Positions 37,467 through 51,300 of a stretch of DNA of 64,000 nt are shown piece after piece (position 1 is the stretch's first letter; the number at the start of each line of letters is the position of its first letter). The stretch is from Octopus bimaculoides (lineage: Eukaryota). Location: NCBI RefSeq assembly GCF_001194135.2, contig NC_069001.1:36723064-36787063 (forward strand), read 5' to 3'. A program made the position numbers and the translations under genes. The notes beneath the pieces are model-generated. The model was not told the origin of the DNA, made no database searches, and was given only the letters and a program-made list of their open reading frames with translations.

Positions 37467-38867
37467 TATTACTACTGCTACTACTACTACTACTACTACT
37501 TGCCAGACTCATTAGCAAGTCAAACAAAATGCTTTGTGGCCCTTCTTCCGGCTTTACATCCTGAGTTCAAATTCCACCCAAGTCAATTTTGTTTTTCATC
37601 CTTTTGGTGTTGATAAAATAAGTATGTATTGAACCCTGGTGGGTCAATATAATCAACTAACCCCCAGCCCCAAAATTTCAGGTCTTGTGCCTATAGTAGA
37701 GGGATTATTATCATTAGGGCAGTATTTCTTCTGGTTCTTGTGTGAGAAAAGGACTTAACATAGTTTTAGACAAGTGCCCCACGTGTATACACACAAAAGC
37801 AAAAGTCAGGATGGTCACAACTGGAATACCTCTGATCATAAGTCTGCTCATCATGCGTATGTGTGTGTGTGTTAGCTATGGCAGTTAAGGCCATTCTGGA
37901 GTTTTGCCCTGAAGGAAATTTTGTTGTCTATGAAAGGAAATCATGTGCTGATGTTTGAGACACACACACACACACTCTCTCTCTCTCTCTCTCTTTCACA
38001 CACACACACACACACACTCTCTCTCTCTCTCTCTCTCTTTCACACACACACACACACACACACATATGCTCTTAAGCAGAGTAGCATGTTGTCTATACCA
38101 ATTCTATGCAGATTCTGTATCTGTTCATAGCATCTCCTTAAACCCTCATCTTTCGGCTCACAGTAATCAACATAAATTATATTTTATTTTTAGGGGGCTT
38201 GAATTCCATCTCCCTGCTATTTAATTAACATTCCCAACTCCTTATATCTTTTCCCTTCCCCTCACTCTTGTATGAAAAAAAACCCCAGTTAAAAAGAGAA
38301 ATCTACCTCATAAAAATATTAATCAAAATAACAATTTAATTCCACTCAGCATGCAATTAAAAAAAAAAAAAGTTACAACAAAACAAAGAAATGCTTGCTG
38401 CAATCAATAACTTGTTAGAGATTACTTATGAAATACCATCTTAACGAATGGTACTTCAAACTATTTAACCTGTACTCAGCTCTATTAATAACGACTTCTC
38501 GTTTCCTCGTTTTATCTTTGCGTCATTTCATTTAATCCCTGCTTATACCTAAAATAAATTTCTTCAGCCTATGTGTGGCTGTTCATCGTTAACGATCCAC
38601 TTAACACAAACGATTTACGTCCTACTTACGCTAACGAGAGATAACAACAGACTGGTGTGTGTGTGTGTAAGGTAGCGAGCTGGCAGAAGCGTAAGCACAC
38701 CAGACAAACTACTTAGCAGCATTTCCATTGTCTTTATGTTCTGGGTTCAAATCCCACCCAGGTCAACTTTGCCCTTCATCCTTTGGGAGTCAATTAAATA
38801 AATACCAGTCATGTACTGGGGTTGATGTAATTGACTCCCCACCATCAATTATATAAACATTTGTGTA

Positions 38868-38908
<41 letters not shown>

Positions 38909-39330
38909 TGTGCTGGTGGCACGTAAAAAGCACCCATCACACTCATGGAATGGTTGGTGTTAGGAAGGGCATCTGGCTGTAGAAACCTTGCCAGATCAGA
39001 TTGGGGCCTGGTGCAGCCTCCTGACTTTCCAGTCCTCTGTCAAACCGTCCGACCCATGCCAGCATGGAAAGCAGGCATTAAACGATGATGATATAAAGAC
39101 ACACACATACATGTGTATGTAATTGCTAAATAGAGACTAAAAGAAGCTCATTGTGTGTATGTATGTATGCGTGTGTGTGTGTCTGTGATTGTGTGGATAA
39201 GGAATTCATTTCCTAACCATGTGATTTCATGTTCAGTCCCACTGTGTGGTACCTTGGGCAAGTAACTTCTACACTCCTGGCCAATAAAAGCCTTTGTGAA
39301 TAGGTTTGGTAGATGAAAACTAAAAGAAGT

Positions 39331-39369
<39 letters not shown>

Positions 39370-40109
39370 TGTTTTTCAACCAAGGTCCATATGGCCCTTG
39401 GAGGGCCCATATAAGATTTTGTTATTAAAATTTATCTGCAATAAATTGGTTATACGTCTACAATACAAAAGAAAATTTAACAGTTCTTTTTAATACAATT
39501 CCTTATAATAATTATAAAAATATAATAGGGGTTTTTAAACATCAAATGGCTATTAGGGTCCACTCACATAAAGTAGAAATCAAAGGGGTCCAGAGGTAGG
39601 AAATATTTAAGAACCACTGGTATGTGCTTGTGTGTGTGTGTGTGTGTATGCTTTTTTCTTGACACCACATGATAGTTGTAAATGAGTGTCACCACCATAC
39701 AAGCAGTGTTGTTCCTTTTCAATTTTTCCTGAAAGCATGTCTGGCCTTGAGGAAATATCACCTTGCTTGGAAACAGGTGAGGGTTGGTGACAGGAAAGGG
39801 CATCCAGCTGTAGAAAAGTCTGTCTCAGTGAATTCCATCTCAACCCGTGAGAATATACCATTAACCAGTGGTCATTCTGTTGTGGGCATCCAGTTTGCCA
39901 CCACAACCACTAACACCGTCTCCCTTTCTGCTCTTCATCTTTAATGAAGACATTTCACCTGCAGATGGTTCTTCCAGTTGTGTACTCCTTCACACCTCCA
40001 GTCTCACCTGCCTGGGAGGGTCTGCAAAAATCCTAGATAAGACCCTTTCTCTTCACTAATTCATTTAAAAATAACATCCCATATCATAATTACATATGTG
40101 TGTATGTAT

Positions 40110-40145
<36 letters not shown>

Positions 40146-42323
40146 GTGTGTGTGTATGTATATATATGTATGTAATTATATGTATGTATATATATGTGCA
40201 TATATATATATATAGCTTTTTGTAAAAATAAATATGATACTCTTCTTAAAGGTGTTGAATAATCCTTCAACTAATATTTGAGTGCTTTGTGTGTGTGTGT
40301 GTGTGTGTGAATGATTAATATGTGCACATGTAATTAATTAAGCCCCTTCTGCTATCTCAACTTTCTCAATTCCCTTCACCCTTCCCACCATAAAAAAATA
40401 CTTTTCTCGTTATTTATTATATTAAATAAAATAAAATTACTTCTATAAATAGCATATTAAAAGCTACAAAATAAATTTTATCTCAATTAATCAATTAATT
40501 AGCTAATTTCTATAACTCCATCAAGTTATGAAGGTGCCTGGGCTTAGTGGTTAAGATGTTGAGCTCGCAAGCAGCTTGTTGTGGGTTCAATTCCTAGGCT
40601 GGGTGGGATGTTGTGTCCTTGAGCAAGGCATTTCAATTCATGTTGCTCTTGTTTGTTCAGCTGAAGATAAATACCAGTGCTACGCTGGGGATAACTCTGC
40701 AACAGGCTGATATCCCATTTGGGGAGTGGCAGGGAGGGCTCTTGTTCTGTCTGTCTTCTAATCACATTAGAAATGCAAATAAACTCTAAGTTCATGGGCC
40801 CTTACTCTCTAGCATTTAAACTGGCCATATCAAGGCTAATTATCCTACTGGTTTTATGTTCTGGGGACAGAACAAACATTCCATAGTGTTTATGATTGGG
40901 ATTTTATAGCATTTAGGGCACATTTTTGGTGTTTAGGGCACATTTTTGGTGTTTAGGGTTGTCATTTAATGGTGTTTAAGGCAAGCATTTAGTAGTGTTT
41001 ATGGGTGATACCTGATAATGTTTAGAGTAATTATTTCATCGGGTTTAGCTCTTGTTATGTAGTGTTTAGAGTTATTTGTTCATGTTTTTTTACTGTTTTC
41101 TTTTGTGTTTAAGGCAAATATTTTGTAGTGTTTAAGACAAAGATTTGGTCGTGTTCAATGCTATCATTTCATAGTTTTTAGATACTATCCTTTGATAGTG
41201 TTTAGATCTTATTTGATGATGTATATAACGTGGGAAGCTGGTGAAATCATTAGCACATCAGACAAAATGCTCTGCGGCATTTCTTCTAAGTCTACGTTCT
41301 AAGTTCAAATTTTGATGAGGTCCACTTTGCCATTCATCTTTCCAGGGTCGTTAAAATAGGGCCCCCTTTGAGCATTGGGGCCAATGTTGTAAGTGACTTG
41401 ACCATACCATTCCCCTTAAAAATTTGTTGCCTTGTGCCAAAATATGAAAACATGTCGGATAAAATGCTTAGCAGTATTTCTTCCAGATTTACGTTTCGAG
41501 TTCAAATTCCACCAAGGTCAACATTACCTTTCATCCTTTCAAGGTCGATGAAATAAGTATCAGTTAAACTCTGGAATCATTGTGTTCAATTAACCCCTCT
41601 GCCCCAAAATTTCAGGCCCTGTGCCTATAATCGGGAGAATTATTCTAGCTGGTAGAATCATTAGCAAGCCAGGCAAAATGCTGCCAAGGTACACTTTGCC
41701 GTTCATCCTTTTGGGGGTCAATAGATTAAGTACCTGTGAAACACTGGGGTCAACATAACTGACTAGTCCCCTTCCCCCAAATTTCCAGCCTTGTGCCTAT
41801 AGTAGAAAGGATTATTATTATTATCATTATTATTATTACTGTGATGAGCTGGCAGAATCATTAGCACGTTGGACAAAATGCTCAGCAGCATTTCTTCTGA
41901 CTCTTTACATTCTGAGTTCAAATCCCATCAAGGTTGACTTTACCTTTCATTCTTTTGTGGTTGATAAAATAAAGTATCAGATGAACACTGGGGGTCATGT
42001 AATCGACCTTAACATTTTCCCCTCTAAAAACTGCTGACCTTGGGCCAAAACTTTTGAATCCATTATTTGATAGTGTTTAGGGTTGTCGTATTTTGCTAGT
42101 GTAGAGACATTATTGTTATTTGCCTATATTATTGAAATGATTGAAAATATTGCTTCCAACTGCCTCCTGTTTTTTCTCCCAGTCACGTAAACTGAATGAC
42201 AATGAGGTAAGTAAATGGACTACAGCATGTCTTCTGTGAAGTTCTTCTTTAGTCACTGGTACTTTATAAGCACTGCCCTCCCCCCTTTTTTTTCTCCAGC
42301 ATATTTGATTTACAGTTATGTTG

Positions 42324-42367
<44 letters not shown>

Positions 42368-45300
42368 TTTATATTGAAGAATCACTTCCTCAGCTATATA
42401 AAAAAAAAAAAATAAACAGTTGAGTGGCCCATGGGTCAAGGATGGTGATCCATTGAGTAAGGGCAGTGTGTCCTTGAGCAAAGTTCATCACTTTGATTCC
42501 ATTGGTCAACCTGGTGCTCTGCCAAGTGGCTGGTAGGAAGAAGGATGTTCACTTGTCTTTAGGAATTTGACAATCCAATACTACAACATAGATTCACAGA
42601 ACCAACTTGCAAATATTCTTACATATACATACAGTTAAATATACACACACGCACACATATCATGTACCTTTAATATATATTTATTTGTAAGGACATCATT
42701 GCGGACCGGTTTGATATAGTTTCTATCATAAACATAATAATAATAATTTAATATGGGAACCTTGAAAAAGAGGTCTTAGAAATGGGCATCTAAGAATAAC
42801 AAGTGCACCTCTGATCATGGAAGCTTTGAGTATAATACCAAATGGCACTCTTAAACTCAATGCTCAAATACCAGGAAACCCCAAATATCAGAACTACAAA
42901 AATTCTTCTTATGGGTGCAGCCCATATCCTTAGAAAAGCACTTGTCAACCTGAGAATATTTGATTTGTTTAAAACTTTTTCAAAATCACAAATTGTACAA
43001 CAAACTTTTAACAGAATCTCAATTCTCAGTATGTGGTCTCCTTTCCTTGAAATATATCTTTGCTTATCATAAATAACAGCCACGGTGAAACATGCAATTT
43101 GCTGTTACTTGAGGTCTCTGTATGAAACAGTGCAACAACAATTAATGTAATCGTCGTCGTCATCATTTAACGTCCGCTTTCCATGCTAGCATGGGTTGGA
43201 CGATTTGACTGAGGACTGGTGAAACCAGATGGCTACACCAGGCTCCAATCTGATTTGGCAGAGTTTCTACAGCTGGATGCCCTTCCTAACGCCAACCACT
43301 CAATAATAATAATAATAATAATCAACATAGGAAGGTGGCGTGCTGGCAGAATTGTTAGTATGCCATCCATCTTCAGGTTCTAAGTTCAAATTTTGCCAAG
43401 GTTGACTTTGCCTTTCATCCTTTTGGGGGTCAATAAAATAAGTACCAGTTGCGTACTGGGGTTAATGTAATCAACTTACCCACTCCTTCGAAATTGCTGG
43501 CCTTGTGCCAAGATTTCAAAATCAATAATAACGACCATCATCATCCTCTTAAGTCATCATCATCTTCATTCTCACAAATTACATCTCTTTGAGATATATG
43601 TAAATATGAAGGTGGAGGGGTGGGCAGTTAACTATTAGTTAATTGTCCTTTCATAAATTGCATTCAATTTCCCCCCAAAAAAAACTTGTCCAAGCCTTTG
43701 AGTTACCAGTGATCTAGATGCTGNNNNNNNNNNNNNNNNNNNNNNNNNNNNNNNNNNNNNNNNNNNNNNNNNNNNNNNNNNNNNNNNNNNNNNNNNNNNN
43801 NNNNNNNNNNNNNNNNNNNNNNNNNNNNNNNNNNNNNNNNNNNNNNNNNNNNNNNNNNNNNNNNNNNNNNNNNNNNNNNNNNNNNNNNNNNNNNNNNNNN
43901 NNNNNNNNNNNNNNNNNNNNNNNNNNNNNNNNNNNNNNNNNNNNNNNNNNNNNNGTGAGTAGTCATGTTGCTCCTCTACCACAAGAAATCATTTCTGCTC
44001 TGGCCCTTTTATCTCATACTTGACCCCTCTCTATTCTCCAGGCTATAAAGTGCTCTTCCACCAATACACACTCAGGGGTCTTAGACTTGCAATTGCAACA
44101 GTGCTGTTGGCATGAAAAAAAGCACCCAGTACATACTGTAAAGTGGTTGGTGTTAGGAAGGGTATTAACCGTGGAAACCATTCCAGGCACTTGAGCATGA
44201 TGCAGTCCTTGGGCCCCATCAGATCCTGTCAAACTGTCCAACCCAAGGCAGCATGCGACGTGGACTTCTAAATGGTGATGATGATAATAATGACAGATGT
44301 TTACAGCTTCCTTACAATTTTAACACAAATTTCTAGAAATCCCTCAACTATTTCTCTAAAACAACTACTTTGACCCTCAGATGTTTGATGCGATATTCAC
44401 CACTGTGAGTTTCTGTTTCTGAAGCGTAGTTGTTAACTAGACAAAGCTACACCAGTCTGGGCTGTTGTTTCTTTTCCTGTCTGTGCAAGTTCTATCTTGA
44501 GCTGTTCCCCAAAAACACCATTTAACCATCTACAGTCATTCTTGATTTGATCTTCAACACATGCACACGTGCACATACGCATAAAACAAAAACAAACCAA
44601 CACATTGCTTATGTTATCAGTGCACCTCAGCTTCAAAATAAACGCTTATGGGGAATTACTGCTTGGCTTCACACAACATTGTCACTGAGTACATGTGGGG
44701 CTAAGAATACTAAGTAACCACTCCTCGTCATTGATCGCTGTACTCTAACTAATGATACTTGTATCTTAGCTAATGATCACTGTAATAATAAATGCGCCCT
44801 TTTAAAGCCTAGCCAGGCTCATGGGCCCGGTTTCCCGGTTTCAATGGCATACGTGTTCCCTAGCTGGACGGGACGCCAGTCCATCGCAGCGTTACTCATT
44901 TTTGCCAGCTGAGTGGACTGGAGCAACGTGAAATGAAGTGTTTTGCTCAAGAACACAACACGTCACCCGGTCCAGGAATCGAAACCACAATCTTACGATC
45001 ATGATGCTGACACCCTAACCACTAAGCCACACACCTCCACAATGATCACTGTACTCTAGCTAATTGTTATTGCATCCTAGAAAATGATCCTTGTACCCTA
45101 ACTAGTGATCACTATACTCTAGCTAATTTTGTTTTGTGGCAGCTTCTTCAATGGTCAAAAGTGTATTGCAGAACCTTCTCACATGCTTTCATCTCTGAAA
45201 AGCAGTTCTCTCCTTCCCCCAGACCCCCAAACCATCTAAGAATATTCCCAGTTAGTAGCAATCAATTTTCTCATTAGCAAAACTATTTTAACAGTAAATC

Positions 45301-48300
45301 AGTGATGGGAAAGCCCAGACTGATTCCAAGCCTCTCACCACTTGTCCTTCTCTGCATGTTTTCCTGTCATTGTTGTCACATGTTGTCTCTTCCTCCTCCT
45401 CCTCCTCCCCCTCCCCCTGCATGTCCCTTCTTCAATGTTGTCTTAGTTTCCACCACAGTTGTGATGTTCATTTGTGTCATCGTCGTTAGTTTCAAGACCC
45501 AAGTCAATGAAACATTCGCTCCTCTTGTATCATGTCCGTCTTGTACCTCTTGTCGTCATCGTTGTTGCATTTACTCATGTATAGATGTCGCTGTTTGTAC
45601 ACTGTGCACATTGCACCGTATTATAATTCGGTCTGTGAGCAATTTGCCAAAATTTCTTTAGAATTTCATTCTTCACTTTCACATTGCTTCATACACTAGC
45701 ATTCAAACAAAAGAAATTCAGCTCCTTTAATTTGCACATCTAATTAAAAAAAAAAAGGAAGAAAAGAAAAATTTATCTTCGTTAACCCTTTTACTGCAGA
45801 AACCTCGTATATATCCATCTAAAAATTTCATTAACTTTAACTACAGAAAGCAGGTTTATGTAACCAATTTATCTTTTGTTGAGGAATGTCATCTTTGAAG
45901 CAATTTCTTGTTGAGATGTGTCGAGTTTATAGAGGCAGAAAATACCAATTCTGTTTTCTGGTAGATATTTAAAACCATTACTGGAATAATTGTGAAATTT
46001 CACAGTTAAAAGATAAAACACACCAAGGAGGGAATCTGTGTATGGTTGCTTGAGCTGCTAGAAATAGCAGCCACATGACACCTTACCATCATAATAAAGG
46101 AAACACATGCTGGAAAACATGAATATATGATGAAGGATACATTGTTTGAAAGTAAGCTGGATGGTCATGATTGGAATATTTTCATAGGTTTGCTTGATCA
46201 GCATTTACCTGGGATTAAACAACATACAGATGCAGGCTTGGGTGTATGGCTGGGAATTTTTGTCTTGTAACCACATGGTTTTGGGTCAAGTCCCATTGCA
46301 TGGCACCTGGGCAAGTGTCTTCTGCTATAGCTCCAGGCTGACCAATGTTCTCATGAGTGGCTTTGGCTGACAGAAACTGCATGGAAGCTCATAATGTACA
46401 CACATGTATGTGTGTATGTATGTATGTATATATAAATATATACACACACACACACATACACACTGCTTCTTGACAACCAGTGTTGGTTTGTTTACATCAT
46501 CATAACTTAGAAGTTCAGCAATAGAGACCAAAAGAATAAATACTAGACTTAGAACTAATTACTAGGGTCAATTTGTATGACTAAAACCCTTCAAGGTGGT
46601 ACTCCAGCATGATCAATAAGTAAAAGGTAACTGAGCAGTACACAGGGTGATTCAGTGTCCCCTTAGCATTTAAACGATAAATAGTTTTAAAATAGAGAAG
46701 GGACTTCTGACTCAGCCTGTATTTTCAGTAAGTAATTCAAAGGGTTCCCCCCCCCCCTCTGCAAAATCTAGAATATTCCAGTGATTACTCTGAGTGTTTT
46801 TACTCAGAATGCTTCGGACATAGAGTACTCTGTCTGAAGAGAGTACGCTATTTTTGTTGCTTGAAAGATGAAGTACAGAGAAATGCTCTGAGGTGTGGCA
46901 GAGATAATTTTCAGCATCGAATCACTGGTCATACTTTACTACATGTATTGAGTCCTGTTCTTCCATATTTATGCATGCATGCATGCGTAATGCTATAGGT
47001 AGATAGATAGATAGATAGATAGATAGTAATATATATTTACATAACAACACTAAATATTTGTTCATCAAATATAAATACTGGTGTGTATACACACACATAC
47101 ATCTGCTCATATACATAGGTACACACACAAATCAATTGGTAACTTGTTGTACATTTTATATATATATATATATATACACACGCACACATATATATATATA
47201 TCCATACGTGTGTGTGTATATTCACAGATACATAGACACAAACATAAATCAAATGATAAATTGTTGCACACACACATGGACACCGGATATTTGATGATGA
47301 TGATGATTTTTTTTTTCTCTCTTTTTAATCAACAAAAAGTCCACATAAACTCATAATTTTATTTTATTTCTCCTGTTTGTTCTAGAAAATCATATAATAA
47401 ATGTATATACATACATATATATATACACACACACACACATGGTATGTGTGTGCATGCACATGTGAATATGGATTGATTGATTAATTGATTTTTTTAATTC
47501 TATTAAGGTTACTTGTACACTTCACCTATGGCGTGCACACACACACACACACACACACAATGTCCATCCTCCACTCAAAACATATTTTAGATATGATTGG
47601 TTTCTCCATTATTTAATAACAACCTTCTTCAACCCAAAATTGCTTTGTTTTGTTGGGGGGTTTTTTTTTGTATTTATTTTACATAATCCTCCATACCAAC
47701 CTCGTTTATCAATTCTGTTTCAATTTATTTAATTGAATAATTTCGTGTATTCCTACTAAACGCAATAAAAGACATTTATGCCTGTCTTAATTCTGATATG
47801 GCTTATCTTTCAAATGTTATACAAATCATAAGGGATCTTTTTCTTGATTAATTTATTATTATCATTATTATTACCATCATCATCATCATCATTATCGTAT
47901 TAAGGCAGTAAGCTGGCAGAAACGTTAGCATGTTGGGTGAAATGCCTAGTGGTATTTCATTTGCCACTACATTCTGAGTTCAAATTCTGCCGAGGTCAAC
48001 TTTGCCTTTCATCCTTTCGGGATTGATTAAATAAGTACCAGTTACGCATTGAGGGGGTCGATGTAATTGACTTAATCCCTTCCTCCAAATTTGAGGCCTT
48101 GTGCTTCCAGTTGAAAGAATTATTATTACTATCATCATCATCATCATCATCATTTTAAGGTAGTGAGGTGGCAGAATGGTTAGCAAGCTGGACAAAATGC
48201 TTAGTGGCATTTCATCCACCTTCACGTTCTGAGTTCAAATTCCACTGGGGTCAGCTTTGTCTTTCATCCTCTTGGTGTCAATAAGATAAGTACCAGTCAA

Positions 48301-51300
48301 ACACTGGGGTCAAAAGTTTCAGGCCTTGCGCCCACACTAGAAAGAATCCTTATTAATATTGTTAAGGTGATGTCATCATTGTAAATCTGTCATGTTTGCC
48401 ATGAAGCTTATCATTTATCCTCTTCTTTCTTTTTCTCGTTTCTTCTGTTATTTAGCTCTATGGCAGAAGGGCACCATGGGAAGACCCCGCAGAATGGGTG
48501 AATGAAACTTACCCATGGAATACTTCAGGTAATCATGATGCGCCATCTTTGCAACGTCTGCGACCAGAAGATGTTGGCTATGACACTCAACCAGCCCCCC
48601 CTGACTCACCGAAATCAAAGTCTGAGAATAATACAACCAATGACGGAATAGAGAGCGATGCTTTGGTTGGTATATTCTCTGTCTATCCTATCCATCTATT
48701 TATCTATCTGTCGATCTATCTATTTCTCTATCCATCCATCTATTTGTCTGTCGTCTATCCTCTGTCTTCTGTCTAGCATCTGTTTATCTATCTATCTGCC
48801 TAGTTGTCTGTCTATCTGTCCTATATGTTTATCCACCCGTGTGTCTATCTATCTGTCTTCGGTCTGTCCGTCTATCTATCCGTCCATCTATTTGTCTGTC
48901 TTTTTGTTTCTGATTCTCTCTCTCTTATTTTTAAATGAAAATAGAAATGTTCTTTTATTTTTGCATTGAAACAATTACAAGAGACCATCTCGGGCTATTT
49001 CTAAACCAGAAACATCGGTAATTATTGTGTCTGCATTAATGTTAAAATTATTAAAATTTATAAAATTTAAATTTACGTACTAACTTGAAACATGTCTAAA
49101 ATAAAAAAACATTAACAGTTTAAATTATTTGAAAGCCTTTTATCTGTGAAATTACAATTGATGTTATAACATTGTAATGTTCTTCTCCAGTAAACATCAC
49201 ACATTTCAGAAATTATAATTCCATCTAATTATCTAATATAGAATTTATACAGTATAAGTAAGTTTTATGGAATCACATTATTTTTTTTCTAAATAGTTTA
49301 AATAGTAATTATTATCATTCTTCTGTCACAAACAAACTCTTAACAACAAACTTATAAGTATAAAATAATGGCTTCTGATCTTAACTGGTTGGAAGTGTCT
49401 CAAGATGAGTTGGTATCAAAAGGGTTAAGAAGCTTGTGAGTTAGTATATAGGGAACCAGAAGGTCTGGTTCGAATGTTTGCCATTCTGTAAAAGGCAGAG
49501 AGGGATTCAATTAACAATTCCTAATTAACTTTGATATATTTCTGTTGGAATACATTGCTTCTGTTTCAGTTAATTTTGAAAATAATGGAAATTTTGATGG
49601 CAGATTTGAATTTAGATCATTTTAAAACAATAAGTTTGTATCACAGGACCTGAAGCAGTCTCGAGCAGATTAGTATCTGAACATTCATTTAAAAGTTTCT
49701 TATTTAAATTAGAAGGGGGGGGGGGATGAAAAAAATTAATATGAATTTACAAACGTCTATAATGTCAGTCTATCTGGAGTATTAAGGGGGATTATCTTCA
49801 TTAAAGATTATCAGATCATGATTTAAAAAGAAAAAGATCAGAGAGGCTGTGAAAATATATTTGACTCATAAAAAGAGAGATGAACAACTCAAGGGAGGTA
49901 ATTACCACAGAGCTAAAGCTGATAGTTTGTCATCTTATATTGTATGTTAATGGTTAGAATGTGTTAAAATATATATTTGGTAACGCTGAGAATAGAGAAA
50001 AGAAATATTACGTGTATGTAATTTGACAGATCTCCCACATTCTTGTGTCATCACTTTGTGACAATGACAGTTGTGATGTATTTACTTCAGACTGAGCCAC
50101 AGCTTGTTATCTGCTTCACAACTTGGAATTAAACTTTGTGTTCTTTTTCACTTCTCAGCTTTCGTATGAATAGAATTTCATACATGCATACATATAAACA
50201 TACTTTCATTCACTCATTCATTACATATTGATACATACATTATAATATGTAACAACTTTAGAGTTGTAAAATATATTTTACTTAAGGCAAACATTATCTG
50301 ATATAAGACTCAATACATTAGTTTGATTGGACAAATATGTTTATCATACATATATATATGTATGTTTGTGTGTGTGTGTGTGTGTATGTATATATATATA
50401 TATATAGAAATATATTTATATATATGAGAGTGAAGGAGATAGTACAAATATGAGAAATAAGTCTCAATATGCCACAGTAGAAACATGTATATTTTATATT
50501 TTGTTATTCTTATTTAGTGTGTGTATGTGTGTGCCTAATTGTTTCAACCTTGAACCCTAACACCCACAATTAGGAGGGTGTATTACAGTTCAGGGTCAGA
50601 ACACCTGATGATCGTTGGATGCCATCTGATAACATCAGTTCCTCCTGATCAAAACTCCATTCACCAAAGTGAATGGAAAAGAAGCACCTTCTTCTAAGAA
50701 TTATCAATAACATACATTTACCAATTCGTTACAGTACTTTAATGGCATTCCTTTTTTTTTTTTTTTTTTTTTTTTTCTTTAACTGGGGTTTTTCTCTCTG
50801 TTATCTACATTTCATCTTGCCATTGCTCAGAACATTGTCTTCATTATATATCTAATTGGTTCTAATTCTGATTAGATGAAATGGTTCAGTTATTCTTGAG
50901 GTCCAAAATATTTTAATATTTCCTTACTAAGCTAAAGTTGGCTGAAGACACAAAGAAGACTTTCTTTTAAAAATTTTAAGTTTGGCAAAATGATGACAGA
51001 TTTATCAAATATTATTTAAGAAAATTATAGAAATAAAGCATACATGTTTCTTACGACTAAGTTTCTTAATGAAAGACAATAAGGAACTTTAGGAGACCCA
51101 TTTCTAATTATTTTGTACCAAATATCTAAGACATTGCTGCAAACAAAATGAAAATTATGGTATTTAGTTTTTAATTAAAAATTCAGTCATTTCTCTAAAA
51201 AAAAAATTATCTGAAATTTGTAATGTTTAAAAGGAAGAATTTTTTTCCCAGATTGGTCCTATATTTTCAGGTTTTTCATAATACCTCTTCAACAAGACAT

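Noticed and set aside
43955-43960. GTGAGT donor-like motif right after a gap
   Set aside because: Exons J and K already join in frame with continuous NAV homology, so no exon is needed; the sequence 5' of it is unknown.
50589-50710. Coding-looking stretch after TATTACAG
   Set aside because: Weak pyrimidine tract, stops in all frames and no NAV similarity.
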